64,000 nt of DNA, from contig BFEA01000005.1 of the NCBI GenBank assembly GCA_003427395.1, positions 2,159,288 through 2,223,287 of the forward strand, read 5' to 3'. A program made the position numbers and the translations under genes. The stretch is from Chara braunii (Eukaryota; Plantae; Charophyceae). Shown here in pieces: positions 25,780 through 39,799 of this stretch (the stretch's first letter is position 1; the number at the start of each line of letters is the position of its first letter). The notes under the pieces are model-generated. The model saw only the letters and a program-made list of their open reading frames with translations. It made no database searches and was not told the DNA's origin.

Positions 25780-26150
25780 CAAGGCACGAGACAGAGTTCG
25801 CCATGTCTGTTGCGCGAGCTGTCAGAGCTACTGGTAGTTCACGAGGGCATTCGTGTGGACACATCTGAAGAAGGCCTGGAGCGGGTGTCTTTTCATCTCG
25901 TTGCATTCGAAAGCGGGTGTGCATTTCATCGGGTTGCATGCATCTGGATTCGAACGCAGACTCATCGGTGTACCAACAGAGCCAGGCCCGAGCTCTCGCA
26001 AGTCAGGGGCCGGTTGGTCGTTCCTAGGGCCTCGCTACACCACTCTCGAAACCGTGCTATTCGAGAGGTTGTGCATTGCCACACAGCCACTAGGAACAGA
26101 TTTTCGGTTTGGAGAGAGCCTCTCTAAGGGCCTCGCCCACCAGTACCTCG
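25780..26150 (+). pseudogene. Decayed coding fragment, weakly resembling EF-1A domain III
   Basis: Visual similarity only: GHLKKAWSGCLF..HSKAGVHF..L...FERR..G.PTEPGPSSRKSG...TVLFE...QPLGTDF; a paralogous piece lies at ~46873. Confidence 0.3.
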
Positions 26151-27116
26151 CTCAGCTATCGAGTCCGAGCCTCCCGCCACCGGGGACCAAGTCCCACTTG
26201 CAGCGGTTTAGTTCCCGTAGCCAGTACTGCACGACACTGTGTGACTTCGTGTGGCAATGTGCGGCTGGTTGACAAACGACGGGTTAAATCGCGAAAAATA
26301 ACAGGATTTGAACGTGCTGAATGACAAAAGGCCGGTCAGTCTGGTAACCAAGGGTATGGCAGCGGCATTGTCGGGAAAAACTTTTAGTTTCTGTGGAAAT
26401 ACAAGAAGATGGACGGTCCCCACTTCTAGCCCGACTGGGGTCAGGCTACGGACGAGGACCGTTCCCTGCGAGTGAAAGAGCTCATTCCGACTATAGCAGC
26501 CAATGGGAAACCCCTACATAGCAACATTCAATCCATTCCGTTCGAAGAAAAACATAACCGACCATGCGCCCTACGATCAATGTGAATCAGCGGTCAGGAA
26601 GCGTGTCGCACAAAACACAGGGTCCCGAACTGAGGACTAAACCGCTGCAAGTGGGACTTGGTCCCGGTAAGCAGAGCCTTGCCGAGCCTAGAGCTACCGG
26701 GAGCGGGCTTTGTTTCATTTTTTGAAAACCAAAACACAACAAAAAAAAAACACAAAAGCAAAACAAAAAAACAGAAAAGAAAACGAAAGAGCTTCAGAAA
26801 AGAAAAAAAGAAGGGACCGCGCCCGCCGGCGCTACGCTACGTAGCGCTCAGACCGCGCGGTTGCTACCCGTAACGGGAGGCTAGGTCGGCGGAAGCTGCT
26901 ACCACCGTGATAGTGGAAACGTAGGTGAGGACGCCATTGCCATCGCCACGTCGATTGGACGGCTATCTGAGCAAGCTCACTATAGCCGAGGCTACTCAGC
27001 GACCTACCGAGACGCCCTAGCCAGAGATACGTGCACCTATACAAGGAATACGAGTTAACCAAGAACGAGATAGTTCAGAGAAAACTAAGTGACGGAAGTT
27101 TTATCATCCGGTGCAC

Positions 27117-29312
27117 ATGGCTGCTGAAGTTGTGATGGAGAGCAACCGCTCCCCCCCTGTGGGGCCGGAAGCTCAGACGGAAGGAGAAGACGATCGAATT
27201 AGAGAGTTGGCTAGGCTATGCTACGAAGACGGCATCCTGCCCTCTGGCGTGGATCCAAGGGAGATGAGAGTAGAGGGACGAGAGGTCTTTTTAAAGTCAA
27301 CCCTAGAATTGACCAAACCAAGATAGCTTGGCTGAAGGAACACACGGTAACGGTGATTTTTCGGGAGGCCGCTCGTTTTCTCCCCAAAAAGGTGAAAGAC
27401 GATGTAATCCGTGCGTATGAAGATGAACGAGTCCAGGACGGTAGCTTTGAATCCTCCACGTTCAAATGTGGTCGGATCAAGGTAGAGAGTCTGAATGTTG
27501 TGTCGTACGTCGCCAAAAGTAGTGCTCTGCCACTATGGTTGGTTGACAGAGGCACAGATAACATTACGTTAGGATCCACCCGTTATGTACTGGAATTCAA
27601 GCCGTGGCTTACCAAAGCCCAACTTCGAGAGCAGAGAAGAGTGGATGACGAGGCTGTCTTTTGGGTCATTGCTGTTCAAGTCCCATTAGATGCAATGTTC
27701 TATCTGGAAGCTCACATCAGGAGAGCCATTGAACCAGTTATCTTCACACATCCATCGGGGCCGGATCGCCTAAAGCCAACGCTAATCAACCTCAAGTTCG
27801 ATATCGCTCCTGAAGCACGTAACAATATGAAAGACAAGATTTGGGTCGAGACATGGGAAGGGGACTCTCTCGAAGTAAGATTGGCGTCATCATCAACTCC
27901 AAGATGCCGCAGATGCAAGGCCTTTTTCCACACAGAAGCAGAGTGTCGAAGAACAGGGAGGCAACAACAACCGAACTCGAGTGCAACATCGCAACAAGGA
28001 GGCAATCAAGGTCAACCAATTGGATCGACTTACTCTGGTCCACTAGGGGCGGGAGTTCAAACATCCCCCAGTGTCTCAAGAGTCGGACATCAATCACCTG
28101 GGCCACAACAGTGGGTCAAACCGCCGTATGTCAATCCGACATTTCAGGCAGGGTTACAAGGCCAGAGCTACGGCAACATTCCGATGCAACCTCAATATCC
28201 ATATGGCCAGAACGGAGGCTCGACGTTTGTACCATGGCCGCATCCAGGCATTGGAATGCAAAGTGGCTATCCCGGGGGGGGGGGATTTCCACCTCCTCCG
28301 GTATACCGAGGAGTGAGTATCGCACAAGCGGCAACAGGTGGGATAGGTCAACCTGGAATACCAAGGGGACCATCTCCAAGAGGCAACCAAGGAAATCAAG
28401 GAGCAAGCCAAGGAGCGATCGGAGTAACGATAGTTGGAGTGGGCAACGGTCAACAAGGTGAACCGCAGGCTCAGGGGTGGAGCACTCCCCCCCCTGGGGA
28501 AGGATCACAAGAAGATGTTCGGACACGAAGTACCACGGGAGGCAAGCAACGTCGCCTGAGCTTCGATGATGGGAACCCCTCCACCCCGTTGAGGGTGAGA
28601 GGTGAACGATCAGAAGCATCGGTAGCATCATCAGCAAACTCGGAAGTCCAGATAAGGGAGGTGGGTACACCAGGTAGCAAAACAACAAGAAGAAGAACCT
28701 CAGTCGCATTGGGCTGAGGGCAATTAGAGAACCTAGAGGTGAGACTCCTTCCCATATTATGCGCAGCTGTTAGAAACTCCTTCTGGATTATTGCATGGTC
28801 AGCATCAGATGGAAATACGAGTCTAATCTCAATTCCATCCCCTGACCTTCCCATGCCTTCGGTACTCACAAACTCTATTCGTTTGGTGATTAGGGATAAA
28901 TTCACCTTCCGACTAATCCTTGATCTTTTGATGCCACGTTTTCTGATGGATCATCCAGTAGTGGGAGGTAAGAAACTGAAATTCTTCATCCCCCCTTGCC
29001 GATGTCCGATTCGTACCAGGCCAACTAGAAATTCTTGAAGCGGAAGGCCTTCGGCTGGTGCCTCTCTCTTGGCTCATCGAGCCGAAGAGGCAAGAACTGC
29101 GCCGCTTGAGAATTGACCCTGGTCTCTCAGCCGAATTCCTGTCGGAACTGGACGGGAAACTCGTCTGGGAGAAAAAGTTGATGTCTCAATTTATGAGAAA
29201 ATCCCTTACGGGACCGTGGCTGGTGGCGGGTAACCATCAAATGCCGAACGACTCACCTTCACGTTCAGATGCCTCAGTCCAATTAAGGGGCAACAATTCC
29301 ACGAATGAGTAA
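27117..29312 (+). pseudogene. LINE ORF1 (frameshifted)
   Basis: MAAEVVME... joins the 499-aa ORF; knuckle CRRCKAFFHTEAEC; Q/G/P-rich linker; C-terminal region 28739-29312. Confidence 0.85.
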
Positions 29313-32300
29313 GCTTAGGCTTGCCACCTGGAATGTTCGATGCCTGGGAGATAGCGCAGGAAAATTCAAATGCGATCGCCTTAAAGCTTGGATCCACGAG
29401 AACAAGATACAGATATCGTGCTTGCAAGAAACAAAGTTAAGTGAAGAGAAGATCAATGCACTCGGCTCATGGTGGGACGGTCCCCAACTTTGGTCCCCAG
29501 TAGTGGGTTCCAAAGGAGGAGTGGCAATCCTCATACACAGAGGTCTTGATATGGAAATAACAGACTATAATATTGACCTCTGGGGTCGTTGGTCGTGGAT
29601 CAAAATCTTTATAGGGGATGAATCATGGTTGATTGCTACTATTTATACCTCTGTTAATCAATCTGAACGGGCAGTCTTTTTCCGTGAGTTGTTGTATATT
29701 CTGCCGGATGCAGATACCGTGATACTAGCGGGAGATTGGAATTCATCTCTGAACATCTCCTTGTCCAACCCGACTGTACAAACAGAAGTGGATAAACTGG
29801 CGCTGACTAACCTGATTGACGAATGTTGCCTCATCGATCCATTTCGTCTTACGCATCTTGATGAAGCTGGATTCACCTGATGTTCACATTGCAGAAGTCT
29901 TAGAGATGTGGGAGTGATTCGCTGACGATTAGATTATTTCCTTATTTCGAATACAACTTGGGAGGTAATTGATCAGATTGGGGAAAAGTTTCACCCCATG
30001 TCTGACCATAAGCCAGTCTGTTTGAGCTTGCATACTCATGGGCCAGCAAGAGGCAACGGTCTCTTCCGGTTTAATACACAAAACCTGGAGGACCCAGGCC
30101 TAGTTGCTTGGATGAAACAATTTTGGTCCGATTGGCATAAAACCAAACAACGCTACCCCTCCATTGGAGAATAGTGGGACGTGGGAACAAATTTGTTCTC
30201 AAACCTGCTGAACGTCTTCTCGAGGATAATGTCGAATGACAGAAAGAAATTTGAGCAAAATTTGATCAAGCAGATCAAATACGTGGAAGACCGAATGCAG
30301 GAACACCCGATTTTCGCAGTAGTGTGGGGAAAGAAGAGAGCGCAATTGATAACTGAATGAGATGAACACCAACAGAAGAATTATGAGCGATGGGCGGACC
30401 GACTACGGATCAAAGGAATATCTGTGTATGATCCGATGACGAAAGAGTCTTTTCAAAGACTGCTTCCATCTCGTTCATCCCCCCCTATGAATGAACTTAT
30501 GCACCTGTTCGATGTTGATGCTCCCAAAGCCAAGGAACTATCTGATCTGTGCAACTATGCTTCTCTGTACTATAAGGACATCCTTACTTCACGGAACCAA
30601 GGGGCCGATGTCTCCCTAGACCTCCACAAGGATAACAATCATTGGGATGCCACTACTGTTCGTCTAACTATAACAGGGAGACTAGATCTCGATAGACCAA
30701 TCACAGTTACGGAAGCACGAGTAGCACTAGAATCAATGGCAAAGGGAAAAGCGTCGGGCATCGATGACCTACCAACATAACTTTTTCTGTGTGTGTGGGA
30801 CCACGTGGGCAATGACTTAGTAGAGATATATAATCAGATCTTAACAAGAGGTTCCCTGTCAGTGAACATGAGAAGAGGCATAATCTCAGTCCTTTTCAAA
30901 AAAGGACAACGTGCCGAAATAAGGAACTGGCGCCCCATCTCAGTTCTAAATGTGTCGTACAAACTGCTAGCCAAGATATTGGCACGCAGACTCGGAAAAT
31001 ACCTTCCGGACCTCGTGGTACCAGACCAAGCTGCCTTCATCCATGGACGGTCCATTTTTGACAACATAGTGACAACAATCGAAACTCTCGAGATTGTCCA
31101 AAATGAGAACTGTAATATGGCGATTCTCCTCCTTGATCTGGAAAAGGTGTACGACCGGGTAAACTGGTCGTATGTCCTCACAACGCTAAAATGGCTGAAG
31201 TTCGGTGATAATTTCATTTTGTGGGTCAAAGCATTGTACACACTGTCTCACATTCGGTGGTAATTTTTAACGACACCCTCTCACATAAATTTGTATTGAC
31301 TCTTTCTTTGAGACAGGGGTGCCCTTTGGTCCCCCTACTATTTGCAGTTCAGTTTGAGGTTGTGCTGAACAACATTCAGGCCAATCCCCAGATTAAAGGA
31401 ATGCCATGTGGACCCTCGGAGTATAAAGTCAAAGCTTTGGCGGACGATCTGTTCGCCGTGTCAGAGAATTCTGTGGTCTCCCTGAAGGCTCTGAAACATT
31501 GTCTAGATGAGTTATCCGAACTGTCGGAAGCTGCCATAAACTGACATAAGTCATTTTTTTTTCTACCAGAGAATTTCGTGATGGCTGTTCAGTGGGGAAT
31601 GAAAAGAATAGTAAACGACGAATCTGAACGTTTTCTGGGAGTTCAGATCTCCTTGTCGGACTGTTCTGAGAATCAGGATAGTATCTTGATGCAGAAGGCT
31701 ATGCACCGTTTAGTTACTTGGGGCAAGGCACCCCATTTGTCTTTATTTGGTAGAGCCATGGTGCTCAATGGAGCCTTGTTCGCCCTATTATGGTTCGTAG
31801 GAACAGTTCGAGCGTTTGGATCTCACCTATACACCATCATCAAAAGGCGTGCTGCAAAGTTTCTTTGGAAACCATATCGAAAGTGGCTTGGGAAATGTTG
31901 TGCCTCCCAAGACAGGAAGGAGGCTTGGGACTGGTAGACCCTAAAAGACAAAATGATGCCATGTTGATTAAATGGATAGTAAGAGTCTGTACCGAGCTTC
32001 CGGTACCACATTGGGTAATGCTAGCGGAATAGATATTGGCAAAAAGATGGAACATGACTCGAGAGCAAGATGTCTGGTGTGCATCTACATCCCGTCATAT
32101 CAGAGGAGGCTGATAAAATCCCCCTTATGGGCTGCAGTACTTCGAGCACGGAAATAGCTATGTCCGAATGTCAGAGTGGAACCTACGACAAAAGCGGAGA
32201 TATTGAACCAAACTCTGTTTGAGAATCCAATTCAGAGAATGGGACCTGGCTCAAAGCGGACACATCACCTGCAAGCTTTGGGAGAACGTGGATAGAAAAG

Positions 32301-33452
32301 GGAGTCGTGCAAATCCAAGACATATGGGATGAATATACAGGAACCTGGTGTCCAGTTGATACCCTGAGGCAGAAGCTGCATAGACTGCAAAAGGTGGAAG
32401 AAAAACTGACCCTTGTGATCAATGCTATCCCAGAAGCCTCACTGAAGCACCAGCCTGGTGACAAAGTGTGGAAGCTCTGCGACATCATGCCAGATGGAAA
32501 ACGAACGTTCCAAGAATGGTCGGTTATGGAACAGGGTTTGTCGCTGGAAACAACAGAAGTCAGTCAGCCCCCGATGGGACAAGAACTGATTAAAATAAGG
32601 GTGATGGAATCTCTGAAGACCGAACATGTGCAGGAACAGACAGTGTTCGACAGGGGCAAACCAGTGATCAAACTGAAAGTGGATCCCAAAATGTGGGAGT
32701 GGCGCGCTAAAGGTAAAAAGGGTAAAAACCTGAGCCTGACAGAATACCATCAGAGGACGGGTTATGAATTGAGGCCGCCACTGAAGATTCCACAAGTAGT
32801 AGCTCGGTCCAGATGGGCACAACTGTTGGATGAGGATCCAGCTATTATTGACGAAGCACTGTCAAAGTGTTGGGACCAGCTGAGACTTATTCCTTGTCAA
32901 AGACAAGCAGTCATATTGTGGCTACTGTCACTTGTCTCAACGCCGTCGACAGTATGGCTGGTAGAATATGGAGTTAAAGTGGAAATGACGTGCTCTAGAT
33001 GCAGTTGGGCATTTGAATCGACTGTGCACCTTTGGTAAGATTGCCCCGCCTCAACGCGAATCTGACAATGGATAGCAAGAACATGGGATCAGATTACGAA
33101 CACTGTGTTCCCTTGGGATAAGAAATGGGTAATGTTGGGGGGAGTACCGGACAACGTAAGCCTACAGAAAGGATGGGGATATGTTGCTCAGGTAATAAGA
33201 GCTATTGTCATAGCAGTAATATGGCAAGGAAGGAACACAAGAGTCTTTGAAGGACAGGAGGGGACAAACAAACAGGTAAGATCATCAATTGTCAGACAGT
33301 TGCGTCTATCCATTCTGACAGACTGAAGAAGGAAAGTTTTGAAAAGTGAAAATAGGGAGAAGAGAAGAAGCTGGTTCAGAGAGACTTGGTGTGTAGATCA
33401 TAAGATAGCATTCATTTCACTGCAGGATCAAGTGGTGTTGGACCCCTGGTAA
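29305..33452 (+). pseudogene. LINE ORF2: APE endonuclease, reverse transcriptase, C-terminal zinc finger
   Basis: TWNVRCL, LQETK, GDWNS, RLDYFL, SDHKPV; NWRPISVLN, LDLEKVYDRV, LRQGCPL, LADD; CSRC...H...C; many stops. Confidence 0.95.
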
Positions 33453-34492
33453 TTCAATGATTGTTAGGTGGTCTTTTTCTACCTGGACGCTCGGTAGTAG
33501 GGTATCGCAGGAGATAGGCAGAAAAAGTTTTGTTTTGGAGGGAGCAGTCAGGTAGGTAGATTGGAATCCGTGGGATTCCCCCATCGTACTAGGTGGAAGT
33601 TAGAAGTGACAAGTGATTCATAGTCATATGATCAATGAATTACTGGAAGATAGAACAAGGGAATAGGTTTAAAACAGGGTTATAAGGAGAATCATGGCTC
33701 GTTTAGGCAATAGTAGGAGCTAGATGTAATAGTTGAGCTAGTCTCTAGCATGATTTACTTTTCCTTTTTCCCCTTTTTTGGTTCGTGGTCTTTCTTGGTC
33801 TTTGTCCTTTTTCCTTGTTTTTGTTTTTCCCCTTTTGTTGTGGAGTTGTGTGGCTTTTATGGCCTGAGGCAGTTTTTGTTTTTTTAGGGGTTGGAAAAGT
33901 CAGGATAGCGGTTGAGATTTGGTCATTTTTGTCTCTGGACGAACTCCAACGCCCTCATCCAAACCCTGGGTAATGGCCCCAGTGGTTTCACTTCCGGGTT
34001 GTTTGTGGAGGATTCCCGGCCTCCTTGTTAACGAGTAATGGAATGAGTAAAGTCTTTTCATNNNNNNNNNNNNNNNNNNNNNNNNNNNNNNNNNNNNNNN
34101 NNNNNNNNNNNNNNNNNNNNNNNNNNNNNNNNNNNNNNNNNNNNNNNNNNNNNNNNNNNNNNNNNNNNNNNNNNNNNNNNNNNNNNNNNNNNNNNNNNNN
34201 NNNNNNNNNNNNNNNNNNNNNNNNNNNNNNNNNNNNNNNNNNNNNNNNNNNNNNNNNNNNNNNNNNNNNNNNNNNNNNNNNNNNNNNNNNNNNNNNNNNN
34301 NNNNNNNNNNNNNNNNNNNNNNNNNNNNNNNNNNNNNNNNNNNNNNNNNNNNNNNNNNNNNNNNNNNNNNNNNNNNNNNNNNNNNNNNNNNNNNNNNNNN
34401 NNNNNNNNNNNNNNNNNNNNNNNNNNNNNNNNNNNNNNNNNNNNNNNNNNNNNNNNNNNNNNNNNNNNNNNNNNNNNNNNNNNNNNNNNNNN

Positions 34493-35525
34493 GAAATGAA
34501 TCTTTCCGCGTTAATTCATTCCAGTCTACGAAATTTCAACAACGCGCGGGGGGATTTTTTTTTTTTTTGGGGGGGGGGGGGGGGGCTGCGAGTGCGCACG
34601 CACGCAAGAGAGAGGTAGACGACCTCGTTCCACTACTCTCGAAATGTGCAAAACGAGAGTGAATCTTCCGCTAGAACATGGAAAGATACACAACCGTGAT
34701 TTTTGTCTTTTGCGCATGTCAAGAGTAGTGGAGTGACGCCCAGAGACTTGGCACGTTGTCAGTGCGGATACCCTTACAAGGGTATCCGCCCTGGTTTTTG
34801 CAAGTAACAGGAAATAAGTTTGGTTTAAAAGTTGAAGTATACCGCGCGAGGCGCAACAATGTCTGTGGTTAACGTTGACTGAACGATTGACTAGAGCAGA
34901 GAGTGTGTGGGCGCGCAAGCTTGAGGCGCACATGATCTCTATTTATTGTTGATGGTTGCAGAGTCGGCGTGGTCGTTGGCCAAATTTTTGTTTTTTTGAT
35001 TAAGTTAGGATTAAATATTTCCGTGTTAATTCATTCCAGTCCACGAAATTTCAACAACGCGCGGGGGGATTTTTTTTTTTGTGAGGGGGGGGGGGCTGCG
35101 AGCGCGCGCGCACGCAAGAGAGAGGTAGGCGGCCTCGTTCCACGACTATCGAAATGTGCAAAACAAGAGTGAATCTTCCGTTAGAACATGGAAAGATACA
35201 TAGCCGTGATTTTTGTCTTTTGCGCATGTCAAGAGTAGTGGAATGACGCCCAGAGACTTGACACGTTGTCGGTGTGAATACCCTTACAAGGGTATCCGCC
35301 CTGTTTTTTGCAAGTAACAGGAAATAAGTTTGGTTTAAAAGTTTAAGTATACCGCACAAGGCATGGCAATGTTTGTGGTTAATGTTGACTGAACGGTTGA
35401 CTAGAGCAGAGAGTGTGTGGGCGCACAGGCTTGAGGCGCGCGCGTGATCTCTATTTCTTGTTGATGGCTGCAGAGCCGGCGTGGTCGCCGACCAAATTTT
35501 TATTTTTTGATTAAGTTAGGATTAA
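34493..35525. repeat. Tandem duplication (2 x ~515 bp) spanning the left junction of the large element
   Basis: Unit = host flank plus the first ~255 bp of the element; the two copies differ by substitutions. Confidence 0.85.
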
Positions 35526-37676
35526 AGGGATTCCGTCTTTTAATTAATGCGTTCGCCTGTGACTAGTGCGCATGTACGGAGGACGACATCAACAACAATG
35601 TGACTCGGAAGGTGTTCTGGTGGATATGTGCGTTGCGCAATATCAGATTATTTAAATATCGATCAGAATTAAACCCAATCTTGGGCCTAGCACTATTGGT
35701 TACAACGTCGGACTTTCATCAAAGAGATTCAGGGAACGAGACCAAGCGACGACAAAGTGGAAGCGACACGAGTGAATCGTGGGATTGAGGGTCCGGTGAG
35801 GCTATCCCCTTAGGCTTGTTGTCAGCGGCGTCAGAACGATGGTAGTATTCTCGTTCTTCTTATGCGTCATATTCTGACGAGTAAAAGTTTCTAAATAAAT
35901 CTTTTACTCCCTGTCGTATTACTATTCGGCTCCGATGCTTCTTGACTCGGGCGCGACGTTGGATTTGGAGGTCGTCGCAACGGTCGAGGGCCTTGAGCGC
36001 GTGCCTATCTCTTGTTGACCTATGGGTTCCTTACGTGTTCGAGAAACTGGTGGAGGACCTTGGTCCCACTGTCTCGAGACGCAGGGCCGAGGGAGTCAAC
36101 GTGTATGCAAGTCGGGGGGTGATTCAGCCCACAAGGTGGAATGAAACCTGGGCGTCGTCATCCACGAATATCCATTGGCCGCGAGAGCTCGAAAAAGTGT
36201 GAGCATACCCGCTGAGGCAAAAAAGGTGACACACCACGCCTGGGCGCAGAAGGAAGAGGCGGCCTGGGGCGCTGTGGGAAGGCCATTGCGACGGCTGCCC
36301 ACCTGTGGACCCCTTCTTACACTTCGGTTTTCAAAGTTCTTGTTTGAATATTCGTTATTAATACCAAGGACTGCATCAGACCTGTTTCCACTCAGGCCAC
36401 GCCCAAGCTGGCAGCGAGCCCGCGCATGCGACCCTGCGGGTTACTATGGGAATCTGGAATAGTACTTACCTACTGGCAGGGCCGGTCTTGCTGGACGGTT
36501 GTCAGATTGCAGGTAGGGGCGGAAGGTCACTCGGATCGGCTGAGCGCTGAGGCGCCTCTGAGGAGAGAGGAGCGCTAGGGAGCGAGGGAGAGTAGGGGAG
36601 ACTGGCAACAAGCAGCAACCGGCGGAGCCATAGCGCAGAGGAGTAACAGGTGGTGGGTCCGGCCGGGCAACATTAGACAACAGCGAGAGAAACAATAGCG
36701 CAGCGCAGCTACGGGCGCTAGTCTCAAGGGCGAGCGGAGCGGACCAGTGGCGGGCACCATCGGACCGGGATAGAAGGGCGAAAGACTAAATCAAACCATC
36801 CAGCACCCAACTATCCCCAAAACTTTCCTCAGAAAATAGATCGGGGGGGGGGGGTGGTGTTGTGACCAGACTGCGCTGGCCAGTGCGGTGCGCTAGCGTG
36901 ACGTGCCGTGGGTCGTCGAACTGCGCTAAGTACAGGAGGGCATAGTGAAGAGGATGGCAAAGGCGGGCCTAGTAGGAAAGAGAGGCAACAAATAAACCTG
37001 ACCCGGGATCTCGTCGGGGTGCGTTCGGAGGTGAAGACGAGGGAGGTTGGACATGGCGGGTAGGAAGTTTCATAGTTCGCTCGATCCTTGATGAAATCGA
37101 GCGGACTAAGGCTCGGATCCGGGGTTCTCAGGACGGGCGACCTCAAATTCGTAGTCGGATGGGTGCCAAAATTAGTAGGATATGAGGTAAAGAGGAAAGA
37201 TGTTGCGTATAACTATGGTGGAAGGAGGAGAGAGGGAAGAGGAAACAAACGTGATTTGCTCATTTCTGAGCGGAACTGGCCGAGAAAAGAAGCGTTGTAG
37301 GGGTTTGAGGTCCGAGCGACCACAAATCCATGGTCACATTAAATGGCAAGTTAATAAGTTAGAAGTTAGGCAGAAAACGTGTCGCGTTGGAGATGGTGGA
37401 AGACGAGAAAGGAGCGAGGTAAATAGTTTTAATCTCACCCATTTCTTGATAAAAACGGGTGAGGTGGGATTCGGCTCTGGGGGTTTTCGGCCCTCGCCAC
37501 CCCGATTCTGTAGTTAGAAGGGGGTAAAAAGTCAGTAGAAAGAAAGTAAAGGTATAGGGTGCGGGGGCTGCGGGTATGAAGGGGTTGAAGACTTACCGTT
37601 TGGAATCGAATGATCCTGACCTTACTGACGATCAGGTGCGCTCAGGTACGAAGGTATGTTATCGAGATATCGAGAT

Positions 37677-37679
<3 letters not shown>

Positions 37680-37766
<87 letters not shown>

Positions 37767-37767
37767 N

Positions 37768-37833
<66 letters not shown>
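37680..37833. repeat. (AG)n microsatellite
   Basis: Visible; the equivalent site in the duplicate (41076-41353) is (TA)n(AG)n. Confidence 0.95.
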
Positions 37834-37838
<5 letters not shown>

Positions 37839-39799
37839 AAAAGTTGTAACAAGGACGCAAGCGAGGAAAGCGCTAGCCATGGCGGGAGAGGAGATGAATT
37901 CTTGTGAAAGGGTGTTCCTGGTGAAGCGTGTACAAAAAGCCAGTTTGAGGGGATCGGACAAGAATTGAAACTCGGGACGAGAGCCATGGCTTTCGACGAG
38001 GTATTGCCACCAGACGACGATATTGGGTATTACTATTCTTAGCAAATGATATTCACTTACCGCTGTGCCTATCTGTGAGAACAGGCGGGACGCTGTGTGG
38101 AAATGCACCCGTTTCAGTGAACTTTGGACACGCGGGATGCCTGGAAGTTGCGGACAACAACTCAACATGCATCCACTTTGGACATTCGACGAGTGTTGTC
38201 AACGGATAGCGTGAACAATTGAGTGAACACGTGCATCTCCTCCACATAGTACGGTAGTGCTGTCACTGAAGAGAGTAAGGAGAAGACAACGAAGTAGTAT
38301 CGCACACTTCCGTATTCGAACAGGAAGACTCGTTCGCCTCGTTCTTTTGGCCGGTATGGTTCGCCCTCGCAAGGTTCATCTAGACCGATATGTCGCGCAT
38401 CTTCGTTTTGGCCATCACATGACTCTCCATATTCGCTTTGATTGACATTTCTCGCCTAATGTATAGGTGGTTGTAGTTGCGAGCCGCTGCCCATCACACC
38501 TGGGGTGGGGTTTGGTCTTAGCATTTGCGTTCACCAGGTGATGCACTTGACTGTGTTTTAACAGGAGATTCGTTCTTGCTCTGCGTGTTTCGAAAGTGTT
38601 GGAGTAAGGTCGCGGTGAATGGTCACTGTCAGCGTGATCCGGGAGCCATGTGCTGTCGGCGGGTTGTACTGTTACTGCAGTACCAACAGATCTATCTTAA
38701 CTACTACAGCGTTGAACTGTTGAAGTACGAACTCAAGTTCGGAGCCAGATACTGCTAAACTAATTGAAGGAGAGACCAACTCATCGCTCATTGTTGGTTA
38801 AAGCTGCATTGATCGAAGAGCTATGACTGCGGCATGGTGTCACAGTCCTCGCAGGTTTACTGGGGGTCGTTGCGCCTTGTTGTGCTGAGTTTTGTTGAGC
38901 GACATTGTGGCATGGTACCTTCTTGTTAGTGCACTATTACAAGGCCTAGATGCTATGCACAGTTCGGGGTACATGCAGATTACGTGGTGTATACGGAGTT
39001 GCCACTGCATTGGCTCACAGTTTGATAGAGCGCAGGAGTGTGCTCTATTTGATCGTAAGCCCTCAGGGCTGCGTAATGGCGGATTGGTCAGTGGGAGTGG
39101 TGTAGTAATTTGGTGGCAGGATCAGGCTTGAGAAAAAGGGGGTTGGACTGCAAGGGAGGCTGCTGCCACAACCAGGAGAAGTGGTTGCGAAGAGGGTTAT
39201 TGCTGCAACTTGGGGAGGCGTCAGAGAGTTGGGCTCAACCGTTTGACTTCGTTTGACCAAGCTGCTGCAGTATTGGTCATCATTGCGGGGCCCTCAGGCG
39301 AGTGAAGGTAACAAGGCCCTCTGCGGAGAGTTGATTCAGTCCCTCTCCTGTATCTCGAGAGTCTGAAACCCCACCTTCTTCCCTTCTTACTCTAAGTTTA
39401 GTCCTGATCTGAGAGGAAGGCGGAAGGAGGGATTGCAACCCGTAGGACAGCGACAAGACTCTGTGGGGAGTCAGCCCATCGATTGCGGAAGCTCTGCCGG
39501 AACTCAGGAGGAGTTCTGGAGGCAGAGAACTAAAAGGTAACCATTGCTTTCCTTTTATAAACCCTGTTATAACTCCTATCTGTATTCCCTGATATGTTTG
39601 ACTGAATATACTGCATGCATCCTTACTTTGACTTATCAGTTTGACTTTCAAGACAAACCAGGCTAACTAAAGGAATGTAAGTGCAATGTCAGTTCCAGTT
39701 TCATTGTTTGACTGAAAGCAGATTGTGGGAGTGCATCTGAGAGAAAGGTGGGAGGAAGACAGTGTTGCATGTTTAACTGGGTCAACCAAAGATTGGGAG

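Larger units (their letters stand above)
26813..34061 (+). mobile_element. L1/Tx1-clade LINE, near full length, decayed; 3' end lost in the gap
   Basis: 5' UTR, ORF1 with CCHC knuckle, ORF2 with APE-RT-CCHC, T-rich 3' UTR; 5' boundary approximate. Confidence 0.93.
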
